Positions 57,819 through 64,000 of a stretch of DNA of 64,000 bases are shown here, piece after piece. Both the position numbers and the translations under genes were made by a program. Each line of letters begins with the position of its first letter. The first letter of the stretch is position 1. The notes beneath the pieces were generated by a model, which saw nothing but the letters and a program-made list of their open reading frames with translations, was not told where the DNA came from and did no database searches. Source of the DNA: Candidatus Parcubacteria bacterium (GTDB taxonomy: Bacteria; Patescibacteriota; Saccharimonadia; UBA4664; JBIOIQ01); contig OY970378.1 in assembly GCA_963718875.1 (NCBI GenBank), positions 1,011,691 through 1,075,690 of the forward strand, given 5' to 3'.

Positions 57819-59279
57819 ATGAACCGAACGATGACGATTATAAAACTCATGACCTGGGCCATTTCCACCTACATGCGGGGCGAAAAGTTGCAGTTTATGC
57901 AAGGTAGCCACCGCCTCGAAAAACTGGGTGGGATTTACATTAAGTTTTTGCAAATTATTGTCCTCAACCTTGACCCCAACGACCAGAAAGATTATGAAGA
58001 GTTGTTGTCGGTATATGAACACAGCCAACCTGACGAGCTGGACATCCGTCAGTATCTGCGTCGTCAGCTACCAGAGCATAAGCTGGCTCAGTTTGAGTCG
58101 ATCGAGACTAGGCCATTTGCCACCGGTTCATTTGGACAAGTGTACCGTGGCAAACTTAAAACGGGCGAGCAAGTAGTTATTAAGATCTTGCGACCCAGTG
58201 TGCAAAAATACCTTTATTATGATTTGAGATTGCTGGCAATTTTTAGCCGCCTATATAACTTAGCCGGTCGACGCAATGTCATAAACATGCGCACCGTTTA
58301 CAAGCGTTTCAAACAAACTTGTCTGGAGGAAACAGATTATGTGCGTGAGGCCACTGTTGCCACCATGTATTACGACAAATTTCGTGAGCACCCATACCTA
58401 GTAATCCCTAAGACCTTTACCGAAATTAGCAACAGTCGAGTTTTAGTACAGGATTATCTAGAGGGCATTTCGGTAACCGAAATGCTAGCTGTCCAAACAA
58501 GCACAAAAAATGCTCGTGAACAGGTGGCCGAGCGCTTGGGTAGCGATATATTGTGGCAACTGCGGGTCGTGGGGACAGAATTGTTGGGCCAAGCCGTTAC
58601 GGGTGATATTATGCATGCCGATCCCCATCCTGGGAACATAATCTTGCTACCGAACAATCACGTGGCTTTGATTGATTTCGGTATGTCCACGCACTTATCT
58701 AAAAACCGTTACGCTTTTTACCAAATGTTGGTGCAGTATGTGGCCTTTTATTCAGACGAGTTGGCGATTGGTGACTTTGGGTTAAGTGCTTTGCACTTTT
58801 TACAACCGGATCTATTTGACGCCATTGATCAAGCAGACAAATCGGGTCTAATAGCCACGCGTAAACCGATTATAGATAAGGTTGGTGAAGCTGTTGATAG
58901 TATTTTTCATGATAAGACAAACCAAGCGGTCATCGATCAACTATTAAAACGCAAAATGATTATGCGGGTGCTGTTTTTCACTATAAATAAAGGCAACCGC
59001 TTCGGTTTTAGCTTTGACATGGAGGCGATTAACCTTATAAAAGCCTCACAAAATTTTTCTGTCCTGGCCTATCAATTTGATCCCGAAGGCGAGATGGTGC
59101 GAGAGGTTTTACGTGATGTGGTAAAAATTGCCGAAGACAATTTAGAGTTAGTAGTGGATATGAAAAAATCTCCGGCTGATCCATCTAAGGCACTTGAAGA
59201 TCTGTCGGTTTGGCTCGACAAAGTTGGTCGTAACGACCCATGGCTAATGGACCAACTGGCCGTGGGATATTGGCGCTAA
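57819..59279 (+). CDS. ABC1/UbiB/AarF family atypical kinase
   Basis: GGIYIKFLQ, FATGSFGQVY, VVIKI, HADPHPGN, IDFG. Confidence 0.92.
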   Translation: MNRTMTIIKLMTWAISTYMRGEKLQFMQGSHRLEKLGGIYIKFLQIIVLNLDPNDQKDYEELLSVYEHSQPDELDIRQYLRRQLPEHKLAQFESIETRPFATGSFGQVYRGKLKTGEQVVIKILRPSVQKYLYYDLRLLAIFSRLYNLAGRRNVINMRTVYKRFKQTCLEETDYVREATVATMYYDKFREHPYLVIPKTFTEISNSRVLVQDYLEGISVTEMLAVQTSTKNAREQVAERLGSDILWQLRVVGTELLGQAVTGDIMHADPHPGNIILLPNNHVALIDFGMSTHLSKNRYAFYQMLVQYVAFYSDELAIGDFGLSALHFLQPDLFDAIDQADKSGLIATRKPIIDKVGEAVDSIFHDKTNQAVIDQLLKRKMIMRVLFFTINKGNRFGFSFDMEAINLIKASQNFSVLAYQFDPEGEMVREVLRDVVKIAEDNLELVVDMKKSPADPSKALEDLSVWLDKVGRNDPWLMDQLAVGYWR

Positions 59280-59346
59280 ACAATATTGATTTATAACCCA
59301 GGAGGCTTCGCAAGCACCATAATGCATCAGAGCCGGGGCATAGTAA

Positions 59347-59811
59347 CTATATAGGCTGATTAATAATACTTTTTAACGGCATGTCGCCATGAGCATAAAA
59401 AGTAATTTTCCGGTCTCTTGAGATCCCCACCACACTCCTCCGGATTACTTTAATGGGACCAAATGAAAAAAGGCTGTCGTACTTTTTAGAGACTTCGTAG
59501 CCCTCGTCGGATAGTAATGGGAGATTAAGACGCTGCTTGTCAGCAAATCGCTTATGGGATTCAGCGCTGGCATTGTTTATGCCCCAAGCAACTAGATTGT
59601 ACTTATGGAATAGGGTCAGCTCGTCATTAATTGTACATAGCTGTTTAGTACAGGAAGGAGATTGATCATAGGGGTAGAAAAATAAAAAGACTCTTTTCTG
59701 CCGAAGTGTCTCGTATAAGTTCCTCACTTGACCTGATTGATCTTGCAGGCTAAAGTCAGGAGCTATTTTCCCAATTGCTGGGTTCGCTAAGGCGGCGTTA
59801 AAGATGGACAT
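59347..59811 (-). CDS. peroxiredoxin (BCP/PrxQ-like), paralog of 26294
   Basis: APDFSL, FYPYDQSPSCTKQLC, GPIKVIRRSVVGI. Confidence 0.9.
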   Translation of the reverse strand: MSIFNAALANPAIGKIAPDFSLQDQSGQVRNLYETLRQKRVFLFFYPYDQSPSCTKQLCTINDELTLFHKYNLVAWGINNASAESHKRFADKQRLNLPLLSDEGYEVSKKYDSLFSFGPIKVIRRSVVGISRDRKITFYAHGDMPLKSIINQPI

Positions 59812-60241
59812 CAGAACTTACTTTTCTGTCAGGTTCATAGACGACTACAGTTATTGAAAGTTTGGGATTTAAATGATCATGAAAGTTGAATGTGCCAGTT
59901 TGGCTAAATTGAACCCTGTACGCTTCTGAAGGCCCAAAAACACCCGAATCTTTGCCATTTACTTGATGCTCATGAACACCCATATGAGTTTGATGGTGGG
60001 CTTCGTTATCGCCGCTACCCTGGCTCATTTGATGCTGCTTGCCATCTCTTGCATTAAACTGAACATACTGACCTTTTACGACTGCTATGACATTAGGGTC
60101 AGCTCCATGGCTGGTGAGATTCACGTGGTGAATTGATTTACTGTTTTTTGATGCCATTGTTTGTGCAGCCAGAAACCCAAGTCCACCAAAGGCTGCCAGG
60201 CTGCCGGCGGCGACTAATATTTGAAGTTTAGCTAATTTCAT
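59798..60241 (-). CDS. cupredoxin-fold protein lacking the type-1 Cys, with a His-rich loop
   Basis: GTFNFHDHLNP; EAHHQTHMGVHEH. Confidence 0.75.
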   Translation of the reverse strand: MKLAKLQILVAAGSLAAFGGLGFLAAQTMASKNSKSIHHVNLTSHGADPNVIAVVKGQYVQFNARDGKQHQMSQGSGDNEAHHQTHMGVHEHQVNGKDSGVFGPSEAYRVQFSQTGTFNFHDHLNPKLSITVVVYEPDRKVSSDVHL

Positions 60242-60642
60242 TCAGTCACCTCCACAACCCCTTTCATGTACGGATGGGGACTACAGTGATATTTATATGT
60301 TCCGGCACTCGCAAATGTGAACTGATAAGTTTCATTTTTACCAAATAACGGTCCATCCAGTTTTTTTGCAGGCTGACCGTCATCAAATGCTACATTGTGC
60401 TTGGCTGTATCGGTATTAGTCCAGGTCACAGTAGTGCCTTTTTTGACCTTCAGAGGATTGGGGTTAAAAGTATAGTCCTGTATTACAACACTTTTAGCGT
60501 CGGCGGGCTGGGTTGTTCCAGCTTTTGGGGTGCTGCCCATTTTGTCTATTTTAGAGTGGTTAGATAGGCTACTAAACGCCACCACCACGCCTATCACCAA
60601 AACAAGGCCAAGGAATGTAAATATAATTGCTTTTCTATTCAA
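60238..60642 (-). CDS. plastocyanin/amicyanin-like cupredoxin
   Basis: TVTWTN...KHNV...YHCSPHPYMKG type-1 Cu ligands; AAGGAG SD before TTG at 60642. Confidence 0.92.
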   Translation of the reverse strand: MNRKAIIFTFLGLVLVIGVVVAFSSLSNHSKIDKMGSTPKAGTTQPADAKSVVIQDYTFNPNPLKVKKGTTVTWTNTDTAKHNVAFDDGQPAKKLDGPLFGKNETYQFTFASAGTYKYHCSPHPYMKGVVEVTE

Positions 60643-60696
60643 TGTGTCTCCTTTCACAACCAGGAGCCACAAGTTGGCTCCTGGTTACATTTAAGT

Positions 60697-61392
60697 CTAG
60701 AACTTATCTGGGCTTTGCTTAACAATTGCACCGCTAATAGCATCGGCAATTTTACCTACCTGTTCGCTGGCTTCGTGCTGTTTGGCATACGAACCGGCAA
60801 AGTCTTTGGCTCCATAGGTATCGACTGTTGTCTTGAGTAAGCCAATGTGGTCAGTAATTAGCTGGTGCACCGCTTCTCGGGGTAGATTTGGGTTGGCCCC
60901 GCTTAGAAAGTCGGAAATCGCGTCTGCATAACCACCAAGGTTAGTAACAGCTTTGTCCATTCCGGCCTTATCGCCGCCCTTGGCTGCAACTGTGTAGTCT
61001 ACAAAGAAGCCAATATGGCTACGCCAGATCTCCAAAAACTTTGTTTCTGCTTTAGCACCGTAAACACTGCCTACAGCCTTTGCCAATGATACCGAGTTGG
61101 CATCAAGCGCATCAGCTGAGGCTTTAAAGTCGGCGCTGCCGTCAAAACCGTTGCGGGTGGCAGCCGACGCCAGGTCAACGTGCTCCCTCTCTAAGGCATT
61201 TAATACAACCCGCAAGTCAGCGGCTTTAGTAGCCGTGTCAGGCTGACTAGAGGTAGCTGTTTTGGTGTTTACATCATCGTTATTCACCATGGCTTTGGCA
61301 ATACCAAATCCTAGAGCCAAACCAACAATGGCGGTTATAATACTCACCATCATTACCGGTGCTGTTCCCTTACTATTACTATCTTGTTCCAT
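60697..61392 (-). CDS. membrane-anchored helical His-containing protein (copper-amine-oxidase-associated-like domain)
   Basis: AADLRVVLNALEREH, WRSHIGFFVDY, FLSGANPNLP, DHI. Confidence 0.65.
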   Translation of the reverse strand: MEQDSNSKGTAPVMMVSIITAIVGLALGFGIAKAMVNNDDVNTKTATSSQPDTATKAADLRVVLNALEREHVDLASAATRNGFDGSADFKASADALDANSVSLAKAVGSVYGAKAETKFLEIWRSHIGFFVDYTVAAKGGDKAGMDKAVTNLGGYADAISDFLSGANPNLPREAVHQLITDHIGLLKTTVDTYGAKDFAGSYAKQHEASEQVGKIADAISGAIVKQSPDKF

Positions 61393-61404
61393 ACTGCCTC
61401 CTTA

Positions 61405-61441
61405 AGCTAATTTATTTAGCTATATTAATTAAGTAACTTAA
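61405..61441. promoter_or_regulatory. candidate MarR operator palindromes
   Basis: AGCTAA-TTTAT-TTAGCT and TTAAGT-A-ACTTAA in the divergent intergenic region. Confidence 0.4.
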
Positions 61442-61558
61442 ATGTTACACTGGTATTTGTTCATCGTCAATAAACATTAATACCTACTGAATGGGTGCAT
61501 CGCTGCAACTTTTTTGGCAAATTGCCCAAGTTAAAAATTAAATGGTACTATTTCCACT

Positions 61559-62011
61559 ATGGATATGAGTAAAATTTCTACATACCAAATTGGCCTTATC
61601 CAGGCTCAAGCTTACCGCTATTTACAGGTGCAGTTTCAGGCTGCACTTGCGCCTTTCGAATTAACCATTCCTGAATGGTCACTTTTGGGGTTGCTTTATG
61701 ACAACAAGGAAATGAATCTAACTCAAATTACTCAGGCTTTAAAAACTAAAGCCTCACATCCTACGGTGCTGGTTGATCAATTGGAAAAGCGTGGGTTGGT
61801 TAGTAGGAGCCTGCATAGAAAAGATAAACGTACCAAGATAGTTTCGTTAACAGCCAAGGGCAAGGATCTTGTCCCTAATGTTGAAATGCAGGCTAGGGTA
61901 CGCATTGGTTTGGCCGTTGGACATATTGATCGCGAGCTGCTTGAAGACTATTTTAAAGCCCTTCAAATGCTAGCAGCAGGCCGCCCAACCGAAGTTGTTT
62001 TTAAAGATTAG
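61559..62011 (+). CDS. MarR family transcriptional regulator
   Basis: LTIPEWSLL, VDQLEKRGLVSR, DKRTKIVSLTAKG. Confidence 0.93.
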   Translation: MDMSKISTYQIGLIQAQAYRYLQVQFQAALAPFELTIPEWSLLGLLYDNKEMNLTQITQALKTKASHPTVLVDQLEKRGLVSRSLHRKDKRTKIVSLTAKGKDLVPNVEMQARVRIGLAVGHIDRELLEDYFKALQMLAAGRPTEVVFKD

Positions 62012-62083
62012 GGTAAACGCGACTATCACTTTCGACCCACAAAACAAAGCAGTCCTGCTTAAAGAAGTTTGTTTTTGCAGCCA

Positions 62084-63034
62084 CTAGCTAGCCCTAGCCA
62101 TTATATTTCTAATAGCAGCGAGCGTACCCTTAGCTTCTTCTACTTCTTCATTTTCAGTTTCAATGGCTAAGTCACTAATCTTTTCTAGACTCTTTAGTAA
62201 TGTTGCTAATCTTTGATCTACCCTTATCCCAGTTTTTTTCTCATATAAAGCAGCAGCCATTTCGAGCATTCCATGATCCTGATCCCAATCTCCGATGGCA
62301 AACTCTCTAGGTAAAGGACCTACCTCAACATCAGTCCAATCTATTAGCCCTGTAACTCGCTTGCTATCAGGATCAATGAGCATGTTCTGGTATTGCAGAT
62401 CGTTATGAAGGACAACCATATATTGGCTTGATGAGTCGATTGCAAGCGCAGCTTCAATAGTATCGTGAGCAAAATTTAATACTTCGGGCGGCATAGCTGG
62501 CAAATCGAATATTCGTTTAGCTTCGTCAGTTGAAATGATGAATTTTGGTAAGTTCAACTCAGCAGCCGTAGCGAGTGAAATGCCTTGATGGATTGCAACG
62601 GCGATAGTCACCCAATCCTTAACAATTTGGGCTTTTTCTAGATCGGTTAGATGGGGTAATGCTTTCTGTAATATCTTTCCTGGCAATTTCTTGTAACCAA
62701 AGTAGGCATTTTCTGGAGCAATATACTTTGGTGTAGGGATTTCTACAGGGAGTTGTCCCTGAAGATGCCTGAGTATGGTTGTTTCTCGAGCTACGCTATC
62801 TTCGGATTGTGTGTGAATACCTAAAGGAATTCGAAAGACTAAGTCATGATTGACTTCTATGGCCGCATGATGCCAACCTTTGCCAATTATACTGACTGTT
62901 TGAATATCTAAGTCAGGAAAGTCCGCGCTAAGCCTATCTTGATAGCCCAATACTTCTGGCTCTAGATTTTCTATAACAGGATTCTCTGTATCGTTTTCTT
63001 TCACTTCGTACTCCGATTGCATATCAACGTCCAC
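62084..63034 (-). CDS. aminoglycoside phosphotransferase/choline kinase family protein
   Basis: GKGW, VFRIP, LHNDLQYQNML, LIDWTD. Confidence 0.88.
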   Translation of the reverse strand: MDVDMQSEYEVKENDTENPVIENLEPEVLGYQDRLSADFPDLDIQTVSIIGKGWHHAAIEVNHDLVFRIPLGIHTQSEDSVARETTILRHLQGQLPVEIPTPKYIAPENAYFGYKKLPGKILQKALPHLTDLEKAQIVKDWVTIAVAIHQGISLATAAELNLPKFIISTDEAKRIFDLPAMPPEVLNFAHDTIEAALAIDSSSQYMVVLHNDLQYQNMLIDPDSKRVTGLIDWTDVEVGPLPREFAIGDWDQDHGMLEMAAALYEKKTGIRVDQRLATLLKSLEKISDLAIETENEEVEEAKGTLAAIRNIMARAS

Positions 63035-63118
63035 CTGGATGCCTTAAGGTTGATGGTTCTTTTCGCTCATAAGCTTATCTTAAAAGAGTTGTTTTACCAA
63101 TTACTAGTTAGGCTCAAC

Positions 63119-63175
63119 CCATCCTCTTCAAAACAAAAACCCCAGCTTACGCTGAGGTTTTTGTTTTGGGGCCGT
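63119..63175. repeat. 57-bp direct repeat, copy 1 (empty site)
   Basis: CCATCCTCTTCAAAACAAAAACCCCAGCTTACGCTGAGGTTTTTGTTTTGGGGCCGT; 55/57 match to 63930. Confidence 0.85.
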
Positions 63176-63223
63176 GTGGTAGGTGGTGTCAGAACAATTT
63201 TTGTTGATTGGATGAGCTAATCT

Positions 63224-63775
63224 TCATTCCTGAACTCGCCGAACTGGCGTAAGTGAGCCGACTATCGACTGTCCGTTATCTTTGGATTGCGCGATGGAAT
63301 CAAAAGTTGTCTTGTCGACAAAGTATACGTCGACACCTTGACCAATCATTGCTTCAAGTCCAGACTCATATTCTTCTTTGCCCAATGGCTTAACAGCTTG
63401 ATGACTTGTCCACTCAGTTTCGCTCATATTCCGTTCTGGGTGAAATGAAAATGATTGACTGGGTAAGTGATAAATTGCCCCACCTTTGTCTGCTCGCCTA
63501 AACCTTTCCTCGTCACTAACAACAACTTTCCACGGGCCAGGAACGCCATAAGTAGAATACCGCCCAATTATTACCCAACTATCATCACTTGGGACTAGGA
63601 AGCACGACGCGTAAGCTTTGTCCGGCGTGGCAAAAACAACAGGCCCCTCAAGCGGGTCTCTGACCTTTTTATTTCGAGGCTCGAATTCCTTAATATCTTT
63701 ATTCCTCGAGGAGTGAAAAAGGACTTTCGGCTTTGCAGCTTCAGAGCCAGTAGTTAAGTCTGGTTTTAATATCAT
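63224..63775 (-). CDS. hypothetical protein
   Basis: LFHSS...FEPR...VFATPDK; flanked by the direct repeats. Confidence 0.75.
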   Translation of the reverse strand: MILKPDLTTGSEAAKPKVLFHSSRNKDIKEFEPRNKKVRDPLEGPVVFATPDKAYASCFLVPSDDSWVIIGRYSTYGVPGPWKVVVSDEERFRRADKGGAIYHLPSQSFSFHPERNMSETEWTSHQAVKPLGKEEYESGLEAMIGQGVDVYFVDKTTFDSIAQSKDNGQSIVGSLTPVRRVQE

Positions 63776-63893
63776 TGACTAATACTATCAAAAAGTTCGA
63801 TTACCCATCAGGGGTAACAAAAATAATCACTTAGCGAAGGGATTATTTTATGGGGCGAGTGATCCTTCGACTACGCTCAGGATTTAGAATGGG

Positions 63894-63986
63894 CTCCCCG
63901 GATCGTCGCCTGAGAGTAAACTTCTCGCACCATCCTCTTCAAAACAAAAACCCCAGCTTTCGCTGAGGATTTTGTTTTGGGGCCGT
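63894..63986. repeat. 27-bp micro-element plus 57-bp direct repeat, copy 2
   Basis: CTC-[CCCGGATCGTCGCCTGAGAGTAAACTT]-CTC, then repeat 63930..63986. Confidence 0.8.
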
Positions 63987-64000
63987 ACGGTGAGTAGGGT

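Noticed and set aside
1-64000. CRISPR array or cas genes
   Set aside because: Repeats are dispersed or paired; there is no regular repeat-spacer run and no Cas-like ORF.
1-64000. Prophage or IS transposase
   Set aside because: No structural phage genes, integrase or DDE/HUH transposase ORFs were recognised.

Overview
Bacterial window read with genetic code 11. The gene style is most consistent with Patescibacteria/CPR, probably Saccharibacteria-like; this is an inference from pilin-like leaders, many short ORFans and apparently leaderless genes. Core content: murF-alr, murB, murA, folD, glyA, def, a two-component pair, ABC transporters, four intact tRNAs (Glu-TTC, Lys-CTT, Arg-TCG, Arg-CCG), a large de novo purine cluster (two PurH N-terminal-domain genes, purL/Q/B/K/E/C/M/N) and a MarR/cupredoxin/peroxiredoxin/ABC1-kinase locus. 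The most striking non-coding signal is a tRNA-associated micro-element system. (1) A 79-aa GIY-YIG nuclease gene and an intact tRNA-Glu sit between the 5' and 3' parts of a second tRNA-Glu split at its T-loop. (2) A 26-27 bp hairpin element flanked by a CTC duplication sits at the T-loop position of duplicated tRNA 3' ends at two loci and of a similar sequence at a third, where an empty/filled site pair is visible. Several REP/REPIN-like families are also present, one with a conserved scaffold around a variable ~20-nt core, together with a second REP-flanked GIY-YIG gene. Everything was read by eye; no database searches were run.
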